This document shows positions 1 to 14,095 of a stretch of DNA of 64,000 bases, one piece after another. Within the stretch, counting starts at the first letter, position 1, and the number at the start of each line of letters is the position of its first letter. The stretch spans positions 444,959 through 508,958 of the forward strand of contig NMRA01000181.1 in assembly GCA_002633005.1 (NCBI GenBank), written 5' to 3'. The notes below the pieces were generated by a model. The model had not been told where the DNA came from. It was given only the letters and a program-made list of their open reading frames with translations, and ran no database searches. The stretch comes from Phoronis australis (taxonomy: Eukaryota > Animalia > Phoronida). Made by a program: the position numbers and the translations under genes.

Positions 1-1344
1 TGGGCCTATTTTAAGATGTTAAAAATGACGTTCCCATCCAGTTCTGTGAAACAAAATGATGGTCTGCAACCATTGACAACCTTCAAAGGTTTGGAGGGAA
101 ATTTGAAACCACCTTTCAAAGTTTGCTAAAGGGCAAGGGTGACCTACGCTTTAAGCGAACTGCATGCCAACTGTAGGGAGAGACCACTCACTAAAAACAC
201 AATATCCAATCGGCGGTATAGTTGATTCCTGATTTCATCTTTCAAGATTGACGCCAATGTCTGCATAAGGTGACAGAACGATGAATGGTTTAAATCATCA
301 AGACAGGGTTTGCTCCTTTTAAACGTATTATTAAATGATGAATGCTGGCTGCAGGGTTTCTCTCCAATAATTTCATTGTCATCGATTGTTTTCTCCTTAT
401 TGCGGACCTGGTTTTACAAATCTCAATGCAACACAAAATGTTTGTCTAAGAAACGGTATTTGACGAAGTATCAGTGCTTGTGAACTTTACGGTCCTCCGG
501 GGTGTTCTCATTAACGACGTCCTCTTAGCATTGACGAATTTTTTTCTTACGACGCCGTAGTCATAAATCGCAGTTCTTTTCTCGCCAACCGCTTTGAACA
601 GACCGTATTAGCAAATCCTTCTCCACGAGCAGAAACTTTTTCTCGTAGTACGGAAGCAAGACGATAGCTCTTAGTGTTAAAGGTCTCACTGTACTTCCAA
701 CTTACGAAATAAAAGACATTATACAGCGCAGGTACTACTATGAAGCGGCTATTATTCATGCTATTTATGGCATTTGAGATACATGTACATGCACATATAC
801 ATGTAGGACTAGTTTCTTGCACGTGATTACACCCCAACAGGTTCGTAGTGCTAAGTGTTCTCTTTCTTCAGTTTGTGATTTCGAGCGAAATCTGGCACTC
901 CGAAGAAATTTGAATGCCACTCGTCAACCCACCTTTGGTGGTAAAACGATTCGCTGTTGTAAATTCAAGAAATGTATACACATGTACGTCTTTCGAAATG
1001 TTATTATGGGTCGATCTATGTATTTTTCACGAATAAAGCGCCCTCTAACCATGTAGAAGGTCAACCAAAAATCAAACGAAGACGCGTGTAGAAAAAAACG
1101 CCGTGTATGAGAAACTAAACGTCAATGATAAAAGAACTGAGTTACTACGAACTGGACTGTGGTTGATGAGGAAAGAACCAAAGATCGTAAAAAATGCGTT
1201 AATGAGAATACTTTGAGGGATTGGCACCCTTGATAATGGTGTGATTTCTTTAGGTCTGTGGTAAATTACAATTATTCTAATGCCGAATTCTCAAAGAATG
1301 AATCTGTATAAAATACTTTCAGTGCATTTTACACAAACAAACAG

Positions 1345-2145
1345 AAACCCTGCGTTAAACGTATTAAGAAGACGACAACGCCACGTGCGAACAAAGCAAA
1401 GAAACCGTGTCAGAAGCGCTCCATGCCCGCGTCAATGTCCTTTAGCGACATCGGTTCAGTTCGCAAATTTAGAGCACGTCGGGAACAATCCACGGAGCCG
1501 TACCTGAGCTCGGACTCCGCTTTATCAAACGAGTCGTACGCCAGTGTCACGAGTGAAGGAAGTTCGGCTGTATCGGAAAACAACAATAACGCTTCAGTTA
1601 AAAAACGCAGCAAAAAGCCTTGTGTGAGAAACAGGAAACCAGGCAGGAATGCCAAGACTGTTGTACGTCGAAAACGACGAGCGGGCAAGTCCGAAGAACT
1701 ATTGCATCGGCACCAAAGGCGCGAGGACGATGAAAACGGCGACACCTATGAGCGAACTCGGGAAAATAAAAAGAAAAGCACACACACGAAAAAAGAAAAC
1801 GCAAGTCGATGTGATGCTAATAAGCAAACAGGTCGTTATCGTGAAAGTCGACGTCACTCTTCAGATCGAGACTCAGCGTCCCAAGGCACGCCAGAGAGAA
1901 AGCACAATACAAATGCGAAGAAAATGCGAATGAGTTGCACGTCGCTTCCAAACTCCGCATCGACGTCGTCTTCAGTGGCTTGCGAATCCAAGTCCTACAC
2001 GACTGTTGAGGATGACGAATCGTATCAAAGTGCAGTCGACACTAGAAACAGAAAAATGTTGAAGGCTAAACGGAGAGCGAAATCGCAAAAATCTCGCGCA
2101 GAAACACCAAGCAGGAAACCAAAACAGAAAGTTCGTAGAAAATGA
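1345..2145 (+). CDS. Probable terminal coding exon of an uncharacterised low-complexity Lys/Arg/Ser-rich basic protein
   Basis: Open frame runs from acceptor aaacag|AAACCC at 1345 (KPCVKRIKK...) through ORF 1423-2145 to TGA. Candidate upstream exons ~841-983 (donor gtacgt) and ~1057-1186 join in compatible phase. No recognisable domain; 5' structure uncertain. Confidence 0.5.
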   Translation, partial: KPCVKRIKKTTTPRANKAKKPCQKRSMPASMSFSDIGSVRKFRARREQSTEPYLSSDSALSNESYASVTSEGSSAVSENNNNASVKKRSKKPCVRNRKPGRNAKTVVRRKRRAGKSEELLHRHQRREDDENGDTYERTRENKKKSTHTKKENASRCDANKQTGRYRESRRHSSDRDSASQGTPERKHNTNAKKMRMSCTSLPNSASTSSSVACESKSYTTVEDDESYQSAVDTRNRKMLKAKRRAKSQKSRAETPSRKPKQKVRRK

Positions 2146-4139
2146 AACACCAAGATGGGAAATGCATAAAATTTAACCTTCTATATTTTATGGAATTGTT
2201 TTGAAGATTTTAATATTAGCTTGATTTAAAATTTACATGAACGCCAGCTTTTTTTCTATGCATGTCAATCAAAGTTAGCAAATGATTCCGCCAACAGGCC
2301 TGTATAGATTTGATAATAATTATGAAATATTCATATTTGTCATCATCGTACAAAGGTTTCAACAGAACGTTTATTCCTCTTCTGGCAAAATTACGGTAAC
2401 AGATCGGCTTACCCGGTCGAGGTGAATATAAAGCGATAACTCTGTAACACACAACACTTTCGCAGCAGTGTTCTAGTTTATGAGAGAAAAGGTAACGAAA
2501 TAGTCATGATTTGCATTGAAAATTTTCCATACTTTTATGGAGATATTAGTTCCATTGCAAAACAGCGAAGGTATCCGACCGAATTTGAAATTTGAATGTG
2601 GCTGACATATATTGCCTTTTGGAAAGAAATAATGCACGTATGGGATATATCAGATCTATGCTGAATAGTGATTGTTGTACCAAGAAGCGCTGCCGATCAA
2701 TGATGTTATCGTGAGTAAATAGGATTACTATTAACTCTCCTATTAAAAAACAAAATGTTACACCTTAAAACATAAACAGAAACGAGGTTTAGAAAGAAGA
2801 AATAGCATGGAGCTTTATATGCAAATACTTGTACCTTTTCGTTATACAGGAATTAGATATCTGGTAAACATGCACACGAACCCAGTCAGTACCGACCGTA
2901 CATGTATTGGCGGCATGTAACCGTGTAGCGTAAGTTAACAGCATAGTACATTCACTAAATTAGTCAATCGTTAATTGTGACAATGATTAGCCTGTGATCT
3001 ATTACCTTGAACATTTTGACAATGAATACGCCCCTGAAAAACTAGCAATTCCAAGTCTTCTCATAAATGAGAAGCTAGGACCAATATCAATATGTACATG
3101 TATATTACTCCCAGATGAGAAGCTAAAGCTTTCGTCACAGTGTCAAGAAAGATGTTTTTATTTCTGGATAGACACACCCAGTCACCAATGTTGATTCCTT
3201 AAATGGAAATATAAGTTGTCTAACAACTAGAGAGAATTTCAAAACCGTATGTCAAATCGTCCTAGCCGCACCCTCTGTCAACATTCATCAATATCTGCCA
3301 TGCATGCCACAGTAATGAGTTACTGCGCATGCCTGGACTCCGGTTAATATCCGCTTGACGTCGGACCCAGCTTTTTACGAAAAGGGAGGTCCAGATAAAA
3401 CGATAGGTTTCTGAAGACAAATTTAATCACAAACATTGAGTAGAAAACCGATTATGAAATTTAGTGTCGTGATTTCTGCGCTTGACGCTTTATAGAAATG
3501 AAAAAGTGGAAATCGTCTATTTTTCCCTGGCTTGCATTTTGCTCGCCACTTTGGCTAAAAATGGTATCTCCGGACCTGCTTGACCTCTCCCCTGGATCCG
3601 TCTATGCCAAACAGTATGTCGTCAAGCTTGAATTTGCAACATTACGTGAGTTTGCATGCAGAATGAAGCAGTTTGTCCGTCGTGTGAATGTTCAAATTTC
3701 AGAGTTGAAATCCATAACTTCGCGAAATATTCTTGCAGTGGCAAAATCAAATCAACACACAAGCAATGCGTTGTGTCTGTAAATGCACAATTTTAATTAC
3801 AGTTTATAGTCTCCGCGACCATTGGAACCGGTTTTATGTGGACCAGCATAGTCAGACAAAATTCAAACACGATTTTCAAGTTAATAAATGATAGGAAAGA
3901 TTTCTTTCACTTGCTTTCCCAATGAATACACGGGAATCCTTCGAAAACCCCGCCTTTACTTGTTTATTTTTGAGTGAATATTGTTCGAATCAACCATCTT
4001 ATGTTTTTTTGCTCAGTTACATTTACGCGATAAAAAGTAAGGTTGTAGCATTATATAAAGCGTAAAAGAGAAATAAAGAACTCTCCTCAATACGACAAAG
4101 GAGGTATATATCACTGTGAGATAATATACCCATTGTCTA

Positions 4140-4298
4140 GAGTGGCGGATTTAGAGGGGGGCCAAGGGGGCCATGCCCCCCCCCCTAAAATTCTCCCAGA
4201 TTCCATTAGGCAGTTCGGAGGTGCGAATGTCTGTCTGGCAAAATCCTGGCTAATATGATGCCCTGCCCCCCCAACTCAAAATCCTGGATCCGCCCCTG
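4140..4298. mobile_element. GC-ended MITE (AGTGGCGGAT...ATCCGCCCCTG) with 5-bp TSD
   Basis: Imperfect terminal inverted repeats; GTCTA at 4135-4139 and 4299-4303; same end sequence as 36146-36419. Confidence 0.75.
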
Positions 4299-5193
4299 GT
4301 CTACTACAGACTTTTACATTGTTAGTGTCACTGTACATGTAGGACTAGGCCTATTTTGGACCACAAATCGTTCATGAGTCTACTCAGGTGCGCGGTAATC
4401 AAACCTAGGTTAACCAAGGGCCACAGACCATAACCCTTCCCCTTCCTATACATGTACGTTATTGCGCACTTCTGGACTCTTAAAAATGTATAGAACGTGA
4501 ACAACGGGTTAAATTTCATTATTCAAAGTGGTTTTCTGTCACTGAAACAGAAGTCAAACTGTTCACCAAGTAATTTTATGGTTTAATGGTTTTGACTGTC
4601 AAAGCATTTACCTTTAATTTCAAATTAAAAAACAATCTGTTACATGTAACTGCTCGTCACTTCGTCCCTTTTTCTCTCTCAAGGCAAAGCACGTCTCCTT
4701 ATTGGTATGGCAAGACACAGACGTAGCAGATTTCCCTTTGATGAAAACAAAACATGGCAATTTCAAGCAGCAACAAGCCCGATTTCTTTGAGAGCATGCG
4801 CGCATAAACATTATTAGGGTCGGAGAATTTGAAAAATGTATTGGTGTGAAAAAACTTTTAAATTTTATATGTGTTTCAAAAATAGTAAATTTGACGATTT
4901 TTCTAGAAATTCTTGCAATATTCAATGTGAATAAATCCCACGTTAGCATATCCAAGAAGTAAATTCTCCACGATCTGTTTAAAAGGAATATTTACGAGTT
5001 TTCGCGTTTTATGCCTCTTTAACATATCCACAAAAAACCCTTACCGCGGTTTGTGCGTGGTACTAATGTGTCTGTGTGTGGTTGGGGTTCATGTTCTTCG
5101 GTAAGCGTCCGTTCTGAGTTGGGGTTGTCCCGGGTCTAACCTCCATCAGTGCAAGAAATCGCTTACCATTCCTGCTTTAGCTTCAGACAGAAT

Positions 5194-6777
5194 TCACCAT
5201 TCACTTTTTATTAAGCCAATATTCAGAATACACGCACAGACACAAACGCCAGAAGACAGGATGAAAGACCACATAAAACAATAGGGTCCAAAGCAGTCAT
5301 TCTCTCGCTTACTAATGACGTAACTGTCATAGATTGCACCAAATGACAGTTGTATAACCAGTGATCCAGCGCCAACTGCTGACGTGATCGTCCACCATGT
5401 TTTTTCAAACAATCCTGCTGCGAGTCTGTCTCGAAGCAAGGATGCGCCAACTGAGATCAAACATGGCGTCGCCACATAAACCATGACGCAAGCACCGACT
5501 AAAACATTGAAGTAATCGACATAAAAGATTAAAAATATCTGACTACCTAGCAAGATCGTGATTAAAATTAACATAACAGTAGATTTGGGAATCTTTGGTT
5601 ATAACAAATCTGAGGTAGTAACTATAATAACATAAGCGGAGATCGATGCTAATGGAAGGCATATGGTCAACGAGGCAGCATGCTCGTCCCAGTTCAATGA
5701 ATGCAGAATGGACGTCAGGTTATTGTAAAACATCAGGCCCACACCAACTGACAAAGTTAAAGTCCACATAATGTACTGGACAGACCAGTTTAACAACGCT
5801 GTCCTTAACGTTGGAAGCTCGTCGTCTACTAACACAGCAGACGACGTTCCGCTTGTAGTGCTTGTACTGCTGTAATGATAACTGTCATTTGAGGCGAGCA
5901 ACGGTGAGTACGCGTTAGTGTGTTCGTCTCGATGTCCCAGGTGAGAATGCACGATGAAGTGATCCCCTACGACTCCCACTGATGGATTTCGCAAAAACAC
6001 CATTCCCAGCATATTGACAACGGTCGTGCAGATGCCAACTAGAATAAAGAAGTTGCCTAAACTGTTACTGCCGTCGTTGATGAACTGTGCGAATATTCCG
6101 TAGAAAAGACTAGCAAAGACTGGTGTTCCCACAATGTGCGACAGTTCGAGAGACGTTCTGGCTTTCCATCGATGACGTAGACTGAAGTTTTCTATGTTTG
6201 TCATCATACATGATATGTATGTGTATACAGTGCCGTGCGCTGGAATACATAGAAAATACAACACGCCAATAAAACTACACAGGTCTGTGGAAATCAAAAT
6301 ACTTGGTAACAGAACATCTTTAAGTGAAGGCACGTTCCCGTCGTAAAAGAACATATCCCGCGTACAAAGCGTATCAGCAATAATGAAAAACGTTCTAGAA
6401 CTCTTTCTGCTCATGAGAAAAACTCATGTGGTGTGATAAACAGGTGAAACTAAACATCACGTGAAGATAAATTACCAACGCATGACAACGTCAAAAAGTT
6501 GAAAAAACCGTTTTTAAATAGACGAGATTGAACATTATTGTTGCAAAAGACTGAAAAGCAAAAAACTCACATGCCATGAAGTAGAATATCGCCACAGCAG
6601 CATAGTATTTGGTAAACACGTGATCCAAATGTGTAGTGGTCCATAGTAGCAAGAAGCCGATGAAAGTGAGCACAAGACCCAACAAGGAAGTCCAGCGAGC
6701 ACCATATTTGGTGAAATAAAGATAAGCTGGTAGGCCGAGTAACTCTCCTACATTTCCCAGACCGGCAATGAACTCAA
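5194..6777 (-). pseudogene. Nodulin-like / MFS transporter gene with premature in-frame stop (pseudogene, null allele or base error)
   Basis: Exon 6777-6571 (VEFIAGLGNVGELLGLPA...YGARWTSLLG...FYFMA, donor gtgagt) splices in phase to an exon starting 6239 (SHGTVYTYISCMMTNIENFSLRHR...) that reads to 5194 (...FGAIYD...CFGPYCF...). Multiple TM helices and TNxxNF / IYD / CxGxxCF motifs typical of nodulin-like MFS proteins. TAA at 5601-5599 interrupts one continuous frame (TTSDLL*PKIPKSTVMLIL). Confidence 0.7.
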
Positions 6778-7591
6778 CTACAAATACAATACAGTACAAT
6801 AACACATCTCATTGCTTTATGTACACGCTTTTGATGAATTTGTCAGTTGTGTCAAAGGAAGCTCAATTCACTACTTGCACACTTTAATTGGTGGCGCTGC
6901 GAAAAGTGATTGTAGTGCATTGTTGTTTAGGACACATTGTCTCGTGAAAGCGCACGCGATCCCAACATGCATTACTATTTGTAGTTAGGACACAGCACTT
7001 CATGTTCAAGCATTATGGCGAATTCATACAGGAAGTGAATTTTTGGAGCTCCCACCGTAATGTTACGTTTCAAACCCATGATTACAATGGTAGAAAATAA
7101 TTTCCATTCGGAGTTTCGCCATTCGAGGCTTTGGCGACAAAAGCTGTGCCTAAGTCAACAGCATACTTCCTTGGTGTCACTGACATGGTGTATTCAACCA
7201 TAGACTATAGTACATGTGTTGTCTATAATCTATGATTCAACTTAAGGTCGGGAGAAGATCTTTCATAAGTCTGCAACGTCATGTCGCGGTTGCTTTACAG
7301 TGTACATTATGTACTTGTTTGCTGGCAGTGAGGGTCTGTCGACAATCACAGTTGTAATTCTGGTTGATCTTTAAAACAAACGCGTTGAATCGTATATTAA
7401 GCTTAAGCTAGTGTGAGAACTAAACGCCATAAGAAACGCAAACTAAATAAATCACTTTTAAGTACAACGCGATTAGAAGTGTGGAGGCGTTTCGCAGAAT
7501 GAAATTTAATAATCTTCTCTTTGTCACAAGACCTTGTTACATGTGTGGGTTGATTGAAATTGCTAGAACAGGGTTTAGTGTCCGTTTAAAG

Positions 7592-7832
7592 CATGCGCGC
7601 ACCCAGCCTTTAATATGGGGGGCTCTAATTTCTGGCGAGGTGGATCTTTTCCAAACAAAACAGCCGGAGGACTAAAAGAGGGATACCACGCCTTTTTAGT
7701 GGACATTTGTCTCGTTTTCTCGGACTTCTTGGTTCTCTGAGGTGGACCTTTTTGCCCACTTCGCCAAATGGGGGGGCTCATTCGAGCCCCCCGAGCCCAG
7801 CCCCCTCCCCCGGCCCCCTGGGTGTGCGCATG
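7592..7832. mobile_element. MITE with CATGCGCGCACCCAG TIRs and 5-bp TSD
   Basis: TIRs CATGCGCGCACCCAG / CTGGGTGTGCGCATG; TAAAG at 7587-7591 and 7833-7837; relative at 58061-58319. Confidence 0.8.
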
Positions 7833-9418
7833 TAAAGCATGCAGGTATACACTATGTTCTCGTTTACAAAACAACTTTTAGTTCCCATTAATTCGCTTAG
7901 ACAAACCCATCGTGCCAAGTTTCACGAATTTATCAGTCTGACCTGAAACGTACGTTTATGCCGTGACCTGAAACTTTTAAAATGAGCCAGGACATGGTCT
8001 GGTGCAATAACAAACAATTTTCCCATACCGTAAGATCAATTCTTAACAAAGGAAGAAATAGGACAATACAGGTATCCATATAACGGTTAATGAGCTAAAT
8101 CAGAAGTTGGTTTTAGATGGAAAGTATGCGGATTCAGTGCGTTTGCCGCTTTAAATTCGGGTGAGGAAACTTGGTCCCTGGGTCTGGAGAAATATGTGCA
8201 GAAGATTTTTGTCTGCTGGAGTTTGGAGAATCGATGCTGGAATATAAAGGAGCCGCCACTGAAATTGATTCCACAATTTGTTTTAGCCGCGTTTTAAATC
8301 CTGTCAATATAGGCTAACTGTTTTCTCGCTTTTGTAAGGTGTGTAAAATGGAATAACCGAGAGCATCTAGACCCTTTTTTGAATTAAAATATTATTTTGA
8401 AATCGCGGAATTAAAAATCTATGAAGAGAATAAGGGACATTTTTGAGCTGGAGCAAGTGGTAGGTGCACAGCTTAGTAATTCACCTCATTAAACAGGGCA
8501 TTATGTCGCTGACTGTGACACTTTGCAATTTGTGAGTGACGATACATACAATAACACATGTCAACATGAAGTAACAAGTGTGTTGTATCCTGAGTGTACT
8601 CCAGATCTGATAGCTTGGCAAACACTTGAAACTGATCAGTGACAGAGATTATTATCTTTCTCCATGCTGCACCTCACAGGAGAACAAAATAGCGACTTTT
8701 ATCTTCCCCATGTATTTTTCCAGTGGCGAGTGCCAGTGTACGTTTTTGGGTATAAGGGGCATTTTTGTTAGAGGCGGTACCCTGACTTTGAAAAATGTTA
8801 TCTACACACATTTGAAAACGACATTTTATCACAGTCGTAAAGTCTGAGGTAACTTGATATGCTGATGTTTTATTGGGCCTATTTCGTTCGAGTTTTTAAA
8901 AGCACTGTTCATAGATACTGTAAAGCTGGTCGGTTTTGTGTTCATACTGTTATAGGTAAATGGTATACTTTATGCAGGTACAATAGTCCTTCCTTCAAAT
9001 TTTTGTAAATACCTATGGAACATAAGCTCCGGTTCTTCAGGGATCCTTTTTTGAGGGGGCTCCCAATGAAGGAATCGGTTGTCACTCCTTACCTTTTTTT
9101 AAAAAGAACGTTATTTAATATTAAGGGACAACTCCTGAGTTGCGTCCTACTGTTACGTCATCACTGCGCAGAAAATGTCTCCTGGCGATACCCTTCAGTG
9201 GCCTGGACACTACTCCAAAGTTGTGGCACCCACTTAAATATGTGCATTCCCGTTGGTCAAAGTGCCTCTGCAGATAACAACTGGTATTATATATCTTACG
9301 AAATACTTTACTTACTTTCGGTTTGCGTAAAGGCGAGCTTTGACTTCAGAGGAAGGATAAAAACATTACACGACCTGATTACTCCGGCTACTGTAATTCC
9401 AAATATTCCAACAAGCAA

Positions 9419-11242
9419 AGACCCAAAACGAATAAATCTCGTCGCGTCTGTCATTTTCTACCACGTCGGGTATTTGGGTTAGGAACCGTTGGGCTAACGT
9501 CACAAACGTCGGCACCATTTATCCGTCCATAGGGACAAATAAGCTGACTTTTGCTACGTATTCGACAAAGTGTCGACTTTCCGATTGGTCGCCTTGTGAC
9601 GCCGCATCCTTGTGGATGAATCTGATTTTCTCTTCACCCGATTAAGTTTGCTACGTTCTCCGTGATTGGTCAGTTATGTCGATCCAATCAACTCTTTTTA
9701 CTTGACTGTGGCACAGAGCTCAAACGGCTTATAGCCGGGATGAAGATTTGTCCCACGGTACTGCTATGGAAGGGGCATACAGGACGTGTCGCTCAGATAT
9801 CGGCGATTTTCCGATAGCCGAATTGTGTTCCCAACCTGTGGGCTTTTTCCTAAGCTGCATGTGAAAAAGGGGTCACTTTTTTGTTTTCACTCTCTAAAAG
9901 TGTACCTAAATTTCCATCTGCACACCCAAAACTAGAGGAGTAAACCTAACCGGCCATGTACCTATTTTCGGGTCACATCACAGGTGCATGAGCCAAAATA
10001 AGAGCTCGATAAGCGGACAGTCACTCCTGCGGGAGTCTCATGGCTTTGATTTGCTTTGCCTCATACTGGAACCGCCATGGCTGTCGCCGTTGTGTACGAT
10101 TGCACAAATATGTATTTATTATTACGGTCTGTGTATCTCCCGGATGGAGAAATGAAGCAACAAAAATCGCGCAAAGAAACTTGTGCACACATTCGGCGAC
10201 ACAGACCATATCACGTGGACACAAACATTATTTGGTTGCTCTCCTGTCATTATTTATTTCACTGCTATAAACGTCTCGTTTTCGGCTGATGCAACGATTA
10301 CGGTTTTTCGTGAAAGTTACAAAAATTTAACTTTTACAACCCCTTATGCAAAAGTGGAACATTTTAAAAGTAATTCCTAGAAGTGCTTTGGGGAAAATCT
10401 GACAACTTCCATTCATGAATACGATCAGCCATTTCTACAATTTGAAGTTCCAAAGTTAGACAAATTTGGGTTTTTTCTATGGTCCTATACATAATCTTAA
10501 ATCTTTGATATCTGGACTAAATATGTAAAATTGAATATGTTTTCATACATGCATGTTACTAGCCTCGAGTAAGTTTTAGCAATATCGGTTAATAAAATTA
10601 CTCACACAAAAATAAGTGTATTTTAATATTTATATATGATGTTTTAATTTTTACAAACACTTGCAGCTCCAGTAACAGGGTTGCGTTCCGCAAAGGCACG
10701 AAACTCGCGAAAACAGAAGAGTTTGCAACTACATAGGTCTTCGCGAGATATCAGACAGTGTGCACAGACAGCGTTAACATCTTTGGTGTACAATGTAAGC
10801 GAAGACCGTGATCACATAGTGACGTGCCTCAACGGAACGCAGCCCAGATTTCAAAATACCAGGATTCCGCACGACGGAACAGATGAATCTCTGCTCTGGA
10901 ACTATGATTGGCAAACCATTTACCGGAATAAAGATAGGCACCAGAAATACTCGCGACAGGAGCTTCCACCTCGATTTCCCAGTCCCGGCAACAAGAGTTC
11001 GACCAAATTTCGATGCCGTGAAGTCAGTACAAACTTCTGGTTGAAAGCGGCAACTTCCGGGATTTTTGTGCCTTTCTGCAACTATGGTGTCTTTCGTGTC
11101 AGTGAACCGACGGCATCTTTGGCCCACTGGCACTGGTCACGACGTCGGGTTTCTTCGTGATAATGTCAAACAAGTCAATCAATGCCTGGCATACTTTAAA
11201 GTCTTGTACACCCTGTGGAACAATAGGTGGCGCTGACTGCAA
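9419..11242 (+). repeat. Copy 1 of a 1824-bp near-identical direct duplication
   Basis: Matches 14096-15919 at constant offset 4677 with at least 5 substitutions seen by eye. Confidence 0.95.
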
Positions 11243-14095
11243 CTGGTTTTTTCTCATTGGTTCCCTGCGGTGCTAAGGTGGCACTGACCAGGCAGGCTGC
11301 GGCCGCGTCCAATTTGCACTTCCAAAATATTAAAATCTAGGGGAAGGCCATGCTTGGGGGCTATTTTTAAGTTAATTATTGTATGTAGGCCAAGTGAATG
11401 TGGTTTGCTGGTATTAATGAACAAGCTGAGAATGAAAAAAGGCCACTTTCACGGCTGTAGCAGCACTCTTCTTCAAGATGGTGGCCCCCTGTTGCAATTG
11501 TTCATTGCTGTGTAGCAACTGAGAAATTGGCCGCGATTTCAGGTAGCCCTCAAACAAGCCAGATTTGCAAAAAAATAGTTGGTTGACAGTACATTTGGAC
11601 CATAGTTTTGGAATTGGTAGGAATTTTGCTTTTGGAATCTAATGTTGGCTTTGGTCGAGCATCGGCAGGAAAGTCGTGGTTTTGGGGCGAAAAGTGCCGA
11701 TTTTGCATTTTTTGGCATTATATTTCTTAGTCTAGCTTGTTTTCCACTGGGAATGAAAGGGTCCAAAATAAAACAGAAAACAAAGTTTCTGTGCTCATCT
11801 GTAGGGCTTGTGATGTGAAATGACTCAAAACTTCTCTTTATTTGCATGCAGTTTTTGACAGAGTGAAGAAAGGGTGAAGAGTCCATTGACGTGTGTTCTG
11901 ATAGGCAAACCCCTGTGAGAACTGTTCAGTGCCTCCTAGCCAGCACGCAGGTAGCACACACTATCACGCGCTTTATCATTGGTTGATGTAACTTCGGCAG
12001 TCATTGGTTAGCTTTACAAAGTGCAAAAATGGCGGATTATGTACGATATTTAGCCTAGTCATGCAAGTGGCGTAGCGGCAACTATTTCGTTGCTGCAGTA
12101 ATGTTTAAGTAGCCGCGTGCTTCAAAGCACATACATGTACAATAAACACATATCTGGCCTAATTAACCGGTGTGTTATTCATACTGTATGAATACAGGAC
12201 AGCATCGTAAACAAAAGTCAGCGACAGTAGAAAGATGCACCCCAAAAAGGCGCAACCACAATTTTTTGAAATTCACATTTCTTGAACATGAATTTTAAGC
12301 ACCGATTTGTCTGTACAACATACCACATTTACACTTCCTCCATCATTCATGCCACTTTGTTTGCGTAAAGCGCTGCCTGTTGGGAATTCGACCAGCCAAT
12401 CAGAAACGCCGGTGTAAAAGAATACCTGCGTGCTGGCTACCGCCTAGCGGCATGCAGGAAACCAGCGAGCTGGTTTTTCAACCCCAAGATGAGCTAAAAC
12501 TGTGCCACTTAATCCACGGTTTAACTTATCCTGCCTCATTTCCACAGCTTGGTGTACTATCTCTGTTGGCTGATGTTTCATGAGGCGTAAATAAAAGCAA
12601 AAGAACCTGGTTGTGAAGTTCTGGGTTTTTTCTATGATTTCTTTGTCGCTTTTAGTATTTATTTTCTTAGACCATTCAGGCAACGTTTTCTTCCCTATCA
12701 TATCTTACTCGATAGTGTCAGTTAAACCATTCTAGTATTTATTCTTATATTCTTATTGTATTTTAAATTGTGTTATTCTAATCAAGGCTCTATCTTGCAT
12801 TACACCCCACAGGAAATGTTTCTCTTATGCCCATCTTGCAGAGTCTGTTTCTAGTTATTTTTTGTATCCACGACAAAATAAACGACATTTTTCTATTACT
12901 CCCTCTGCAAAGTGACTCGTAGCCTTGTCCCAGCTATTTAGGTTCTGCTAAATGTTGTCACAGAAATGTCTGATTGACTGTGAAGAATATTTTCCACATG
13001 CTATGAACATTCCCACTAAATAAAATTGGTTCTAACCCCGGTGTTTAAGGTAAACGGCGGGGTATGGAAAATTGAACTAGACCGTATTTATCCACCTTGG
13101 CTGAGACGCGCTCGGCTATGCTCAAAGGGATGCCGCCAAGCTGCTCTATTCATCGAGTCACGAGCGAGGATAATTGACTTCGCTCATGCGGATATGATCA
13201 GCTGATTACAGTCTAGCCTAACAACTGTACTTTTTATGGAGAGAATTTTACGTAGTTTTTACTGTAATATTTGAAAAGAGGAGCGAAAACAAATACGAAT
13301 ACAACTTTGAATTTTTCAAATCGGCCCAGGATAAGAGATTTTGCAACACAGAAACACTCACGATTACTTTCATTCGGCGCGCACGAATACAAAAATATAG
13401 GACCCAAGTTAGGATTGTATAAATGTAGAACTACTCCGTGTGTTATTTAGGTTTTGGAAAAAATGCATTTTAATACTCAAAATACGTTTTGTATAGCTAT
13501 TACAAGCTCTAAAACGACTTTGTGTAATTTCATTGAGATCGTTCTTTGTCATCCGTCAAACCGGAAACTTCCGAGATGTGACTCTGCGAGCGCACTCACC
13601 TTGCACGTTACAGCCGTTTAAGGAAAAACAATCTAGTAAACGCCATTTTCTTGCATAATCCTCCGCCTTTTGTAACAAAAAAGTCTATCGTCGATGACCC
13701 GCACACGCACGCTCACTCACTCTCATACGCAGACGACCTTCAAAACAAACGTCACGTGACAACAACATGTGTGTTCATCCAGAGATTTTTCTCGTGTTGT
13801 GGAGTACGATGTAGCGCACATTTGGACTTAATCGCAATTAATCTGGACTCCACAGGAACTTTAAAAATTGTAAAACATCAGGAAGATTTCAGGTAGTTTG
13901 TTGAGTCGAAACTATATTTTTATTCAAGAGTACAAGTTTTCCTATTGACGATCGCGATTCAGCAAAGCATCAGTCGGCAAGTTTTCGCCCTGTGATGAGC
14001 ACAATTTTTTGAAAAATTATCGTAATTTAACAACAGAAGTTGATAGCAATGCACCAAAATTTTGTAGAAAGGCTGTCATAGGCTACAAATACGTN

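Noticed and set aside
1-731. Several short exon-like segments (16-88, 177-217, 649-731)
   Set aside because: Could not be joined in consistent phase to each other or to the 1345-2145 exon without stops.
6240-6414. N-terminal part of ORF 5599-6414 as coding
   Set aside because: Better explained as intron; acceptor tgtattccag at 6240 gives the family-like FYFMASHGT junction.
9015-9482. 155-aa ORF
   Set aside because: No recognisable motifs or splice context; composition typical of non-coding sequence.
10681-11160. Duplicated 159-aa and 119-aa ORFs (also 15358-15837)
   Set aside because: Non-ATG start or overlapping antisense frames, no domain similarity; apparent conservation is only due to the near-identical duplication.
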